Below the pieces are notes generated by a model. It worked only from the letters and a program-made list of their open reading frames with translations. It was not told the origin of the DNA and searched no databases. From NCBI GenBank assembly GCA_040899905.1, contig JBBDZX010000005.1:698199-762198 (forward strand): 64,000 nt of DNA, read 5' to 3'. Below are positions 1-9,596 of this stretch, piece by piece. The stretch is from Anaerolineales bacterium (GTDB lineage Bacteria; Chloroflexota; Anaerolineae; Anaerolineales; E44-bin32). Both the position numbers and the translations under genes were made by a program. Numbering within the stretch: the first letter of the stretch is position 1; each line of letters begins with the position of its first letter.

Positions 1-1401
1 AAAGATCTCAGGACCACCGCCGCTCGGTTCTGCGGTAGGCTCGGCCTGGTCGGTTGGTGCGGGGGTTGTTTGCGCCTGAGTCTCGACCACCTGGGCCCCT
101 GGAAGCGCACTCGCGACGGTTTCGGGTACCCCGTCGAGGCTTGCCTGCATTGCATACAGAACGGATTGCGGCGAACTTGGCTCCGTAGTGAACGTCATGA
201 CCAGCTGATTGCCATTGTGAACGACCAGGCGGACACGGTGGGCACCAATCCTTCCAGCAGGCTCATCATTCGAATCTTCTCGAATCAGATATACCATGCT
301 GGGTTCGGACCACGAGGCGGATTCCCAGACTGCATGATAAATGGCCATCGGCCATCGGATTTGCCCTACGAAGTGAACCCGGCCCAGGCCGTCAGTTCCC
401 AGCCCGTCCCCGATCGCCTGGCCCTCCAGGCCATCAAAAATGAGCTCGGTTTCGGACCAGGTTAGCCCTCTGTCGAGTGAGACGCGATGTTCGCGTTCAG
501 TGTCAGAGTTCCCCGACCAGACGAGGTGCACTTGTTCACCGCGGACCACAATTCCGGGGTGCGCCAAACGCAGCTCATCGACCTCCTCGTCGGCGTAGTC
601 GACCGAAAAGGGATCCAACCACGTCTCGCCGCCGTCCAGGGAATGAGAGTAACGAACCCATCGACCTTCAGACTGCGAGGCTTCATCGTTATAAGACCAG
701 ACGAGATGGATGCCATCCTGCTCGTCCACGGCCATGTCCAACCAGGACGGAACAGCGGCTGGCGGGATATCGGGGTCCAGCCAGGTTGGGTAGGTCCATG
801 TCTTGCCCTGATTCTCCGAGAAGAAGTAGTAGATCCCCGGCTGGGGGACGGCGGTGGAATGGGCCGCTATCGGCTGGTCACCGAAATCCGCGTACACGAT
901 GTGAATCAGCCCTGCCTCGTCCACTGCCAGCTCAAGGCGCGCGGCCGCAACATCAATCCGGATTGGCTGCTGCCAGCTCCGCGCGGATGACGCCTCGCTA
1001 ATCTCAGCTTTGGAATACATGAGGGGGCCCGTCACCCCTTCCGACCACACCAGATGGAGGTAACCCTCTTTGTCCACAACGCCTGACAGTTCATCGATCC
1101 CGGTCCCGGGCCAGGAGGCGTAGATATCAGCCGGCATGGACCAGGATTCCCCGTCGTAGGTGGCGTAGTAAATGAGCGACCGCTGGTGGTCAAAGCCGCT
1201 TTCGGCCCAGAAGACATGGACGAGGCCAAAGCTGTCCGAAAGCATGACGGCTCCAGTGGCCTCGCCGTACGGGCTGGAAAGCTGGTATGGCTCTGACCAG
1301 TCCTCATCCTGAACCTGCGCGCTGGCACCTGCCCACTCGAAGAGCGAGAGCGCCACAAGAACTAGCGCTGCCGCGGACAACCAATGGTTCGTCCTAGTCA
1401 T
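1..1401 (-). CDS. Secreted BNR/Asp-box repeat (sialidase-like beta-propeller) protein; 3' end runs off the window
   Basis: Absent from the ORF track because it has no in-window stop. My translation from ATG 1401..1399 gives 467 stop-free codons. It begins MTRTNHWLSAAALVLVALSLFEWAGASAQ (signal-peptide-like). Repeated S-x-D-x-G-x-T-W boxes follow (SENQGKTW, SLDGGETW, SLDRGLTW). Plus-strand ORFs 70..465 and 487..990 are its antisense shadows. Confidence 0.75.
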   Translation of the reverse strand, partial: MTRTNHWLSAAALVLVALSLFEWAGASAQVQDEDWSEPYQLSSPYGEATGAVMLSDSFGLVHVFWAESGFDHQRSLIYYATYDGESWSMPADIYASWPGTGIDELSGVVDKEGYLHLVWSEGVTGPLMYSKAEISEASSARSWQQPIRIDVAAARLELAVDEAGLIHIVYADFGDQPIAAHSTAVPQPGIYYFFSENQGKTWTYPTWLDPDIPPAAVPSWLDMAVDEQDGIHLVWSYNDEASQSEGRWVRYSHSLDGGETWLDPFSVDYADEEVDELRLAHPGIVVRGEQVHLVWSGNSDTEREHRVSLDRGLTWSETELIFDGLEGQAIGDGLGTDGLGRVHFVGQIRWPMAIYHAVWESASWSEPSMVYLIREDSNDEPAGRIGAHRVRLVVHNGNQLVMTFTTEPSSPQSVLYAMQASLDGVPETVASALPGAQVVETQAQTTPAPTDQAEPTAEPSGGGPEIF

Positions 1402-1783
1402 GATTACCCCGATCTCGTCCGCGAAACTTGGCAAGACGGCTCGACGCGTAGACCCGGAGATGTCACATTTGGTGCAACAGTCCTGTAAGTGGATTGCATC
1501 TCGACCGTCGTGCGTTCGATGCTGTGACCTTGAACGGCTCGAACGCGGGCCTGCCCGCCTAGCCGCCCGCGCAATACTGGCGTTTCTATCAGCTCGATCA
1601 ACGCTTCGCCGCGAGCCCGAAGGTCTCCCGCCCCCACAACAGCCAACTCCGGGCCCGCTTCGATAATCTCATCAGCTTCTCCCCCCCGGCTGGCCATTTC
1701 CGCCAGGCCGGAGGCCGTGTACTCGAAAGGTCTCAGAGGTGAGAAACACATTAGGTCCGGCAGGCGAGGCGACGCGATGACGG

Positions 1784-2707
1784 TCACATCCGAAACGGAG
1801 AGGTGGGCGCTGACAGTACGCCGATCGACCAGTCCGGCAAAACGGACCCGCAGCCGCAACCCATCCTGACAACTTGCGAGCCGATAGGCCCGGCTCCGCC
1901 GGTGACAATCTCCCATCGGTAGCTGACTGAGCTTGGGATCCCTAGTGTCGCGACCGCTCCAACATAGCCGGCTGCAGGAACGAAGGACTCGGACCACCAG
2001 GCGGGGAAATCAAGCCCATCGCTCCTCAGGAATGGCGACCCTGATCGGTTTCGCCAGAATCCCGTTGTCTCAACCTCTTGAAACGGCATGGCCATCCCTA
2101 CGCCCATCGCCTTTACGAACGCTTCCTTCTTCGACCAGACACTGTGAAGCCAGGATGATCTCTCCCCTGCACTGAGCCGGTCGAACTCCGCCCACTCGCG
2201 ACCGGTGAGGATGCGGCGTGCAACCGCATCCATATCAATGTCCGACCGCGCCTCTTCGACGTCAACGCCAACCATCTCGAGCCTTGTGACGGCGATCACA
2301 CAGATAGTACCAGAATGGCCTAGGTTGAACTGAAGCCGGGAGGGCCCACCCCCATCTGCCAGCCTGGGCTTTCCACCTGGTTCAAGGGAGAACGCGAGCT
2401 CGTTGGCTGGCCGTTCCGCATACCGTGCCAGAATGATCCGCAATAGTCCCCGGCTTACCAGGAACTGATTGCGCCGCTCTTCGAAACGGAGCAGGTTAGC
2501 CCGCTCCAATTCTTCAGCGCTGAGAGTTCCTTTCAATCCCTCAACGGCTGTTCGAGGGAGGTTTGTGCGCGATATCCACACATGGACCTCGCCCGCGTCC
2601 AATGCTGGTGCGGCCGTCGCGTTCACCCGGAGGGTGCGAAGCACATTCTCCTTCCCTTTCAGCATGCCGACCTGTCCATGATTTGGATTGCGGTTTGACA
2701 CCTTCAT
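1784..2707 (-). CDS. Sfp-type 4'-phosphopantetheinyl transferase
   Basis: Internal start MKVSNRN of ORF 1784..3043; its ATG (2707..2705) overlaps the GT4 stop TGA (2706..2704) as ATGA. Motifs FNLGHSG and WSKKEAFVKA (W-x-x-KEA-x-x-K), with a typical tail GYVGAVA. About 40 extra C-terminal residues look non-native. Confidence 0.85.
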   Translation of the reverse strand: MKVSNRNPNHGQVGMLKGKENVLRTLRVNATAAPALDAGEVHVWISRTNLPRTAVEGLKGTLSAEELERANLLRFEERRNQFLVSRGLLRIILARYAERPANELAFSLEPGGKPRLADGGGPSRLQFNLGHSGTICVIAVTRLEMVGVDVEEARSDIDMDAVARRILTGREWAEFDRLSAGERSSWLHSVWSKKEAFVKAMGVGMAMPFQEVETTGFWRNRSGSPFLRSDGLDFPAWWSESFVPAAGYVGAVATLGIPSSVSYRWEIVTGGAGPIGSQVVRMGCGCGSVLPDWSIGVLSAPTSPFRM

Positions 2708-3990
2708 ATACCGGCGGGCAGGTGACGAACAAGGGCTGCGACAGGGGGTCTCGTATGACCAGCTGCTTGATTGAGGGCCACAGTTAGGTGTTCCATCATG
2801 TGGCTGATCGTAAACCGTTCTTCGACGCCTCTCCGACCGGCTGAAGCCAATCTCTGGGACAATCTTGGGCGCCTGCGGGCGGCCTCCAGCGTCTCCGCCA
2901 ATTCGACTGAATCCCCAACGCCCGCCAGCAACCCAGTTCGACCATGGATAACGATCTCTGGCAGCCCTCCGATGCGGCTCGCAACCACTAGACGTCCCGA
3001 TGCCATCGCTTCCAAGGCAGTTCTCGGAAAGGGCTCCTCCCAAAGCGATGGAATCACTACCACGCCATGTTGATGCATGAGGCCGGGAATTTCCTGCGCA
3101 GGCCGTTCGCCCAGGTACGTGACGACGCTGGCCAACTCGAGCCGATCCACCAGCCCAGTCACCTGGGAAATGTAGTCTGGGACACCCCCACCCACGATTG
3201 TGAGCCTCCAGGGACGATCCGGGGCGTTTCTTGCCAGCCTCTCCACCGCCCGCAGCAGGACGAACAGACCTTTTTCCGGTGAGATGCGGCCGACGTACAA
3301 GATGCGGCCTAGGAGATGAGGAGCCAGATCGACTTGGCTTCTGGATCTACTGAACCTCCCCAAGTCGATGCCGTTGTGAATCACGGTGGCGTGGGAAACT
3401 GGAATCCCATCCTCCAGCAACCTAGCTCGGACGCCATGGCTGACACAGTAGGCGTGGGGATACCCGAGCTCGATCTCTTCGGATGCCTCCAGAATCTTGA
3501 TCGCCAGGGGCGCCAGGGCACGGCGCGCGATTCGGGTGGCGAGGGTTCGTCCTTGAGCCCTCCAGTACTGGATATGCTGCGATGAGAGTGTCGGCCAATA
3601 ATCTGCGAACCTGTAGAGCACCCGCCCCTGCATAAGCTGCTCGCCGTCAGCCGCCAACTGCCTGGGGAGATTCCACATCCCCCAGATGAAGAGCACCTCG
3701 GGATCGAATGCCGCGATTGACTGACGGAGTGCCTGCCTGCTCTCGGCCAGGTCGGCTTGACGGTGCAGGAGCATCCGCCAGGCATTGCGTATCGGCGCCA
3801 ACTCCATCTCCAGGTTCAGCACCCTGGAGACGTTTCCATCGACAGTCGCCTCTCGAGCGCCGTGTTTGCCGGTGAGGATCCTGACCGTATGCCCCTGATC
3901 CGTAAGGGCCTTCACGGTCTCCAGGCAGCTCAGCTCCATCCCTCCCAATGAGTAGGGAGGGTAGAAGTTGGTTAGTACGAGAATGCGCAA
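2704..3990 (-). CDS. GT4-family (GT-B fold) glycosyltransferase
   Basis: N-terminus (M)RILVLTNFYPPYSLGGME. C-terminal E-x7-E region EPFPRTALEAMASGRLVVASRIGGLPEIV. Start chosen at TTG 3990..3988, 5 nt after GGAGA; the longest ORF would start at 4032. Confidence 0.9.
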   Translation of the reverse strand: MRILVLTNFYPPYSLGGMELSCLETVKALTDQGHTVRILTGKHGAREATVDGNVSRVLNLEMELAPIRNAWRMLLHRQADLAESRQALRQSIAAFDPEVLFIWGMWNLPRQLAADGEQLMQGRVLYRFADYWPTLSSQHIQYWRAQGRTLATRIARRALAPLAIKILEASEEIELGYPHAYCVSHGVRARLLEDGIPVSHATVIHNGIDLGRFSRSRSQVDLAPHLLGRILYVGRISPEKGLFVLLRAVERLARNAPDRPWRLTIVGGGVPDYISQVTGLVDRLELASVVTYLGERPAQEIPGLMHQHGVVVIPSLWEEPFPRTALEAMASGRLVVASRIGGLPEIVIHGRTGLLAGVGDSVELAETLEAARRRPRLSQRLASAGRRGVEERFTISHMMEHLTVALNQAAGHTRPPVAALVRHLPAGI

Positions 3991-4146
3991 TCTGTCTCCG
4001 TGGGTTTTGCTACTCCTGTTGGGGAGAAACAATCGGCTGCTAGGACTGCATACTTTGGCGGGTCTGACGAGTGGGGGTCCTGCGGCTTCGGACCGTAAGG
4101 ATGGGACTCGTTCAAGTAACGCTTCAGTCGCTAGAGGGAACGGAGT

Positions 4147-4878
4147 TCAAAGGTACTTGCGCCGCACGATAAGATAGCTTGCCGGAAAGCGCACAGGCCC
4201 ATCGCCAGCATCCTCGGCTGTAATGATCGAGCCTCTGCCTTGCTCCAGGATCAACCACTGCTCATCCGGGAAGTGGCGCTTTTGATCGGCCAACTCAAAG
4301 GCATTCAGCCTCACGTTCTCTGGCATTCGCCATGCTTGAAGTCTAGGTACTTCCTGGAAACACCGGGCCGCGGCCCAGCGTAACTCGATCTGGTAGAGCG
4401 TTCCGGTCTTGCCTAGCAGTACTCCTAGACTGGAGACATACTGATGGCGCATGTGGGGCCGGATTACATGGAAGACGCCCCGCACATAGACATTCAGGTC
4501 CCCGAGTTCATCATGCAGCGATTGGATAGCCCCGGAGTCCATTACGTCCACAACGCGAAAGTGTATGCCTGTGCCATCCGGTGAGATTGATCGCGCGAGC
4601 TTCACTGCCGAGGGCGACTTATCGATACCGATGACTGATTCCCAGTGACGCGCCAGTCCAATGGTCTGTCTTCCGGCACCGCACCCAAGGTCGAGCAGAG
4701 GAAGAGCCGGATCGAAATACGGCATGAATCGCGCGATATCCTCCTCTATGGCTCTCGCGGGGTCAGCGTCCCAGAGCGTGCTGTGGCCCTGGTCGGAAGC
4801 CAATACCTCCCCCCAGAAGTCTTCCCAGCCGTCGATCATTCGTGCCTGATTCCTGGAAGTAGATTCATGCCTTCTCAT
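4147..4878 (-). CDS. Class I SAM-dependent methyltransferase
   Basis: SAM motif I LLDLGCGAGRQT followed by VIGIDKS. Internal ATG 4878 (MRRHESTS) chosen; the N-terminal 117 codons of ORF 4147..5229 look non-coding. ATG 4839 is an alternative. Confidence 0.8.
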   Translation of the reverse strand: MRRHESTSRNQARMIDGWEDFWGEVLASDQGHSTLWDADPARAIEEDIARFMPYFDPALPLLDLGCGAGRQTIGLARHWESVIGIDKSPSAVKLARSISPDGTGIHFRVVDVMDSGAIQSLHDELGDLNVYVRGVFHVIRPHMRHQYVSSLGVLLGKTGTLYQIELRWAAARCFQEVPRLQAWRMPENVRLNAFELADQKRHFPDEQWLILEQGRGSIITAEDAGDGPVRFPASYLIVRRKYL

Positions 4879-5240
4879 CACCCTCGGTGATCCGCATCCC
4901 GATTTGCTACTCGATCCCGCGCTAGCAGCTGGCCTACCAACTGAACGCTCGTTCCGGGTCTGAGTGTAGATCGCTTCTAGACGGTCGACGGAGTGCTCCC
5001 AAGAGTGTGGCCGCCGCTCGTGCGGAGGTTGGCAGCCTCCACCACACGTCTGGCTTTCTTGGAAAGAAGGTCGATTCCATGCCAGATCTGGAAGCCCCCA
5101 ACGAAGATGACGATTGGCCCTCCGTCCAGCGCTAGTTTCGGATACAGGAAGGCTCCAGACTGCCCCAAACCGCCGGTACACCTGCGCTTTCAAAGTAGGG
5201 AGGCCTTTGCCTACGGTACCCCGAACCAATCATCACTCAG

Positions 5241-6320
5241 CTAACCAAAGGCGAATCGATAATATCTTCGCACGGGCAGTCGCTTCCACATCCACATCAA
5301 GATCAGTGGGCCCCCGAGACCCGCCAGGATCAATACCGCCAGGTAAACTAGCTGTGAGCCGAGGACCGCAGGTGTAAAGCGGTACATGATCACGGCTATG
5401 GAATAGGCGAAGGGAATATTCGCCAGATAGATTCCGAGTGAGTTTGCCCCGAGATAGGCCAGGTGCTTGGACATCGGAACCCGAGTCGCTGCGAATCCCA
5501 AGAAGCAAGGGGCAACGAGGGTGGCGTAGGTAATCCTGGCTATGCCCGGGTTATTCGGCCCCAGCCACTCCTGACCACTCCACCGCACAAGCAGCTCGTA
5601 TTCCACCAGGCTTAACGACAGCGTCGCGATGACTGCCCCCAGCAACCACCACCTCCTCCGCTGAATCCATTGCGAGGCTGCCTCGACATTCAGCCCTGCC
5701 ACGAGCCCCAGGCTGAAGTGCAGGATGCTCCCTGCGAAGATCCACCGCACGTTGTACTGGAAGATGAAACTCCAAATCGGGCCCTCCGCACCCATGAGAT
5801 AGAAGAACATGATGCTTTCGAAGCTGAGTTGAATGACCGCGGCACCCGCCAGGAAGAGCAAGGGTCTTGACTCCGCAATCCGGGCCAGTATCGGCGCCAA
5901 CAAGTACAGCTGCACAAGCACAACGAGATAGTAATAAGGATCCAGGATATCGTCGATCGATGAAGGGATTTTCCTCAAGAGGATATACCGAATCATGGTC
6001 CACAGAAGGAAGGGTACGAGAAGGACCTTGATCCGAGGCAGGACACTGTTCCAGGTAACACCCCCCGACTCACGCCGCGCCAGAAACGCAATGAAGAAGC
6101 CCGATACAAACAGAAATGCCGGTACCCCGAACGCGTCAAACTGGCGTGCGAGCATTAGGACATAGTACGCCAAACTTCCCAGTTGGTCGAAGTTGGGGAC
6201 GGCGACGTCCCGGTAGCGGTTCGTCCACTCGAACATTGCCTGCAGACCATACGCAGTTGCGTGATGAACCGGGACCATAAGCACTGCGAGTCCATTGAGA
6301 AGAAGAAGCCGTCGGGTCAT
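5241..6320 (-). CDS. Acyltransferase family 3 (OafA/YrhL-like) integral membrane O-acyltransferase
   Basis: About 10 predicted TM segments. N-terminal LNGLAVLMVPVHH-type motif typical of acyltransferase-3 proteins. ATG start. Confidence 0.75.
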   Translation of the reverse strand: MTRRLLLLNGLAVLMVPVHHATAYGLQAMFEWTNRYRDVAVPNFDQLGSLAYYVLMLARQFDAFGVPAFLFVSGFFIAFLARRESGGVTWNSVLPRIKVLLVPFLLWTMIRYILLRKIPSSIDDILDPYYYLVVLVQLYLLAPILARIAESRPLLFLAGAAVIQLSFESIMFFYLMGAEGPIWSFIFQYNVRWIFAGSILHFSLGLVAGLNVEAASQWIQRRRWWLLGAVIATLSLSLVEYELLVRWSGQEWLGPNNPGIARITYATLVAPCFLGFAATRVPMSKHLAYLGANSLGIYLANIPFAYSIAVIMYRFTPAVLGSQLVYLAVLILAGLGGPLILMWMWKRLPVRRYYRFAFG

Positions 6321-6438
6321 TCCACGATCCCCATGCCGGACGTGCCATACGTTGGAACAGGTACACGTTCAGAGGAGTCGGCCAGGGGTGTGGCCGACCG
6401 GCGCCCACCCTGCCTCGTCCCGGAAGGTATTCTGCAGG

Positions 6439-7836
6439 TCAACCTGGAGCTCGCCGTCCGATGTTCGCCGGGAAGATCGCTGCCTGCTCATCTGGAGTCA
6501 GTTCACAGGACGGCGCATTGAATTCCGGGCGGCGGATAACCGTGCTGCGGAGCATTTGGAAGTACCGCGGATTTGCCAGCAGATCCAGAAACCTATGGTA
6601 CTTCCTGTGATTCTCAAAGAAGTCCCCTGACAGGATGAAGTGCCCGGCTGCCATTGCATCCTCGTGTTCCTTGTACTCACCGAAGAACGGGAGCGCCTCC
6701 GCGAACGACACAGAGTGGGGGTTGTAGAACAGCGATATCAGGCGATACACGAAGCCGTAGGCTCCATTGATCTGCTCATAGGCTCTCGCGAGCGAACCAT
6801 TCTGATCCAGACTCCCGTTCGAGATCATTTCGACCAGGGCATCCGCTACCAGCCACGCACTCTTCATCGACAAGAAGATCCCACTCGAAAAGATCGGATC
6901 GATGAATCGGCTCGCGTCGCCAATCAGGGCGAACCGGGGGCCATACTTGACGCTGGACTCGTAGGAGTAATCCCCTTCTACGAAGACCTCCATCGCGATC
7001 TCCGCTCCCGCCAGGATCTCCGACACGGCCGGTGACTCGCCAATTTCGTCGCGATACACCGCTAGCTTCCAATCGCCCTTCCCATTGCCGGCCAGCTCGC
7101 GTTTCCGCTCCCGAAGGTAGCTGCTTTCCACCACGACACCAACCGTCACCTTTTCCGCCGAGAGGGGAAACACCCAAATCCAGCCCCGCTTCTCTCCACC
7201 CAGGTAGAAGATCAGCGAAGCACCCTGCTCAAGGCCAAAGGTCATCCTCTGAACTCCGGTCCAATGCGTCCACAAGGCGGTGCGCTCAAACCCGCGATTG
7301 GTCGTTCTCCACTTGTTCCTTACAGCCATGAACGTATCTCTTCCGCTGGCATCGATCAGAAACCGAGCCCTGATGACGCGCTCGCCCCCGCGAGGTCCGA
7401 CCGTTAATACCCGAACCTCGCCCGCTGATGTCTCAAAGTCAACATCCTTGACTCGAGTTCTCTCCCGAACTTCGGCCCCGCGGTTCCGGGCGTTTTCCAG
7501 TAGGAGCGTGTCGAACTGTTTGCGATCGACCTGGAAGGACAAGAAGGTCTCATCTTCGATGACATGGTTGAAGCACCAACTGGTCGCGCGCTGCCCGTCC
7601 CGGGTGGCGAATCGAACGGCAGGCTTGCGCACGAACGTCCGCTTCATCTCGTCAAGTACTCCCAGCTCATTGAGTATTCCGTAGCAGAATGGGAGAAGCG
7701 ATTCTCCGACATGCTCCCGGGGGAACTTCTCCTTTTCGAGAACTACCACCTTAAGCCCATTCTTCGCCAGGATGGAGGCAGCCGTCGTGCCCGCAGGTCC
7801 GCCGCCGATGATGGCCACATCCACGCTGCCTGTCAT
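6439..7836 (-). CDS. FAD-dependent halogenase-like oxidoreductase (paralog 1)
   Basis: VDVAIIGGGPAGTTAA (GxGxxG), FPREHVGESLLP, GWIWVFPL (WxWxIP variant with F for I), candidate Lys in FVRKPAVRF, and GDASRFIDPIFSSG. Start at ATG 7836 preceded by GGGAGA; the longest ORF starts at GTG 7860. Confidence 0.75.
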   Translation of the reverse strand: MTGSVDVAIIGGGPAGTTAASILAKNGLKVVVLEKEKFPREHVGESLLPFCYGILNELGVLDEMKRTFVRKPAVRFATRDGQRATSWCFNHVIEDETFLSFQVDRKQFDTLLLENARNRGAEVRERTRVKDVDFETSAGEVRVLTVGPRGGERVIRARFLIDASGRDTFMAVRNKWRTTNRGFERTALWTHWTGVQRMTFGLEQGASLIFYLGGEKRGWIWVFPLSAEKVTVGVVVESSYLRERKRELAGNGKGDWKLAVYRDEIGESPAVSEILAGAEIAMEVFVEGDYSYESSVKYGPRFALIGDASRFIDPIFSSGIFLSMKSAWLVADALVEMISNGSLDQNGSLARAYEQINGAYGFVYRLISLFYNPHSVSFAEALPFFGEYKEHEDAMAAGHFILSGDFFENHRKYHRFLDLLANPRYFQMLRSTVIRRPEFNAPSCELTPDEQAAIFPANIGRRAPG

Positions 7837-8032
7837 GTCCGTCTCCCTATCATGCGCCACCTCTTCGGCGACTCGCCGTTCGCCTGACCACTCCGACCAC
7901 AGGTACCATGCACGCGTACACCCTCATTGACCAACCCAACGTGCGGGCAAAGATCCATGACCCAGAGACTGCTCATCGCTGCGTACGAGGGCTCGTCTGT
8001 CAAACTCGGTAGCGAAGCGCCTCGGTAGGGGG

Positions 8033-8284
8033 TTAACTCTTGCTCTGCTTACGCTGTACGAGGGAACTCATTGCATTGATGGTCTCAAAATTCTCCGGCA
8101 CCACCTCGGTATCGTCGACCACCACCGAGAACTTCTCCTCGATGAACGCAACGAGACGCAGAATGCCGAGGGAATCGACAATCCCGCTTGCGATGAGGGA
8201 GTCTTCCCATGAGAGGGAAACATCCCCATCGGCCACCATAATATTCTGAACTATGAACTCTTCCAGAGCTTGGGATACATCCAT
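8033..8284 (-). CDS. DltC-like acyl/peptidyl carrier protein (carrier 1)
   Basis: About 83 aa. Phosphopantetheine site ASGIVDSLGILRLVAFIEEKF (D-S-L). AGGAGG lies 7 nt before the second ATG (8284). Confidence 0.8.
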   Translation of the reverse strand: MDVSQALEEFIVQNIMVADGDVSLSWEDSLIASGIVDSLGILRLVAFIEEKFSVVVDDTEVVPENFETINAMSSLVQRKQSKS

Positions 8285-8417
8285 TTCCATGCCTCCTGAT
8301 TTATGTTATACTAGGACGCACGCTCATTTGCGCGGCGGCTTTCGGTTTGTCCCGAGCGCCAACACGGGCCAAACCTGGACCAACCGATCAAGTGCAGTGC
8401 GGAGGGAGGGTAAGCGG

Positions 8418-9206
8418 TTGTTTCGTAATCAGCGCACGATCTTGATGCTGGCGATTGGGCTGATTCTCACGGTCTCGGTTGTTATCGCAGCCGCTTCAAC
8501 CGGCGCCCAACTGGCACCAGAGGGATCGGCAATGACCGATGAGCCCAACTCCACCGATTTGCCGCACTCCTCCGCCACAGTGCCATTCCCGTCTTCTGCG
8601 ACGTCTGAGGTCAATCCCGGCTCGACGGCGACGGCGGTCTCGAGCCCGACCGAGGACAAAGTGGCCAGCCCAAATCCCACCGTCACGTCAACTTCGGTAC
8701 CCGCAACCTCCGTGCCTCCGACCGGAAACCTGTTGGCAAACCCGTACTTCGAAGGAGATCATAGCTCCACGGTAATCCCCGGATGGGTGAACGACGGTCA
8801 GTGGGATATCTCCGTCAAACCTCACAACCCCAGTCCGAACGATACCTCGGCGCGCATTAACGGCCCAGAGCAGGCTGGCGAGTATCAGCAGGGTGAAACC
8901 GCGGTCATCTATCAGATCGTCGAGGGCGGAGGGTCGAACCTGGCAGCGTCAATCGCCTGTGTCCAGCATCAAGCCGAAGTCATGCAGGTCACGATCTTTG
9001 GATCGCAATCTCCCGACGGACCTTGGACATCCGTCTGGCAACCCTTCGACCTCTCTGCTTGCGGATTCGCCGATTGGGGGCCAACTGTCCACGCCCAGAC
9101 GCAGTTGCCGCAGGCGTGGGCCTACTATCAGTTTCAGATTGTCGGCCGGTATGTGGATTGGAGGGGAGGGGTTAAGGTCACGGATGTATCCTTGAGCCTC
9201 CAGTAG
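8418..9206 (+). CDS. Membrane-anchored/secreted protein with S/T/P-rich linker and C-terminal jelly-roll (carbohydrate-binding-module-like) domain
   Basis: TTG 8418 lies 7 nt after GGAGGGAGGG. N-terminal TM ILMLAIGLILTVSVVIAAAS, a long S/T/P low-complexity linker, then NLLANPYFEGD...IPGW resembling CBM4/9-type modules. It is the only plus-strand gene inside the minus-strand cluster. Confidence 0.6.
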   Translation: MFRNQRTILMLAIGLILTVSVVIAAASTGAQLAPEGSAMTDEPNSTDLPHSSATVPFPSSATSEVNPGSTATAVSSPTEDKVASPNPTVTSTSVPATSVPPTGNLLANPYFEGDHSSTVIPGWVNDGQWDISVKPHNPSPNDTSARINGPEQAGEYQQGETAVIYQIVEGGGSNLAASIACVQHQAEVMQVTIFGSQSPDGPWTSVWQPFDLSACGFADWGPTVHAQTQLPQAWAYYQFQIVGRYVDWRGGVKVTDVSLSLQ

Positions 9207-9232
9207 GTTCTACCGTCATACGGTCCAGAACC
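9206..9232 (+). terminator. Imperfect hairpin directly after the 8418..9206 stop
   Basis: GGTTCTACCGT-CAT-ACGGT(CC)AGAACC, followed by only a weak T stretch (CTCGTTTCC). Confidence 0.3.
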
Positions 9233-9596
9233 ACTCGTTTCCACTCACATTGCGAACACTGAATAGACTGACAAACGAAATTGAGAGGATCGGCTAGGCG
9301 GAGACACCCCCTCCGGAACCCGACAAGCGACCTACCAGGTTGAGTCGGGGGTGCCTCTCGCACGAGGGCCGGTGGACGTTCTGCTTGATGGAGTGCGTTC
9401 ACTCGCCCCGCATCCATGCTTCCGTCAGCTCGACGGCCGCGTCGTCGGCGTCGGTGCTCGTCCCGGATGTAGCCTGAGCCGATCGGAACGGAGTCGTCGC
9501 CCTCCTCCTGCTGCCCCGTTCGCCCTTTGGCATCTTCCTAACGCGCGCACTCCTTCCACGGGCCGATCGTCGTAGATCCCCTGAGGCGGTACGTGT

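Noticed and set aside
70-1358. ORFs 70..465 (+), 487..990 (+), 477..1001 (+) and 1032..1358 (-)
   Set aside because: All overlap the stop-free minus-strand BNR-repeat frame (1..1401). That frame has a signal peptide and repeated Asp boxes, whereas these ORFs have no motifs.
1404-1997. 197-aa minus-strand ORF downstream of the PPTase
   Set aside because: It overlaps the PPTase tail out of frame and has no recognisable motif or SD. It is discussed only as possible decayed sequence.
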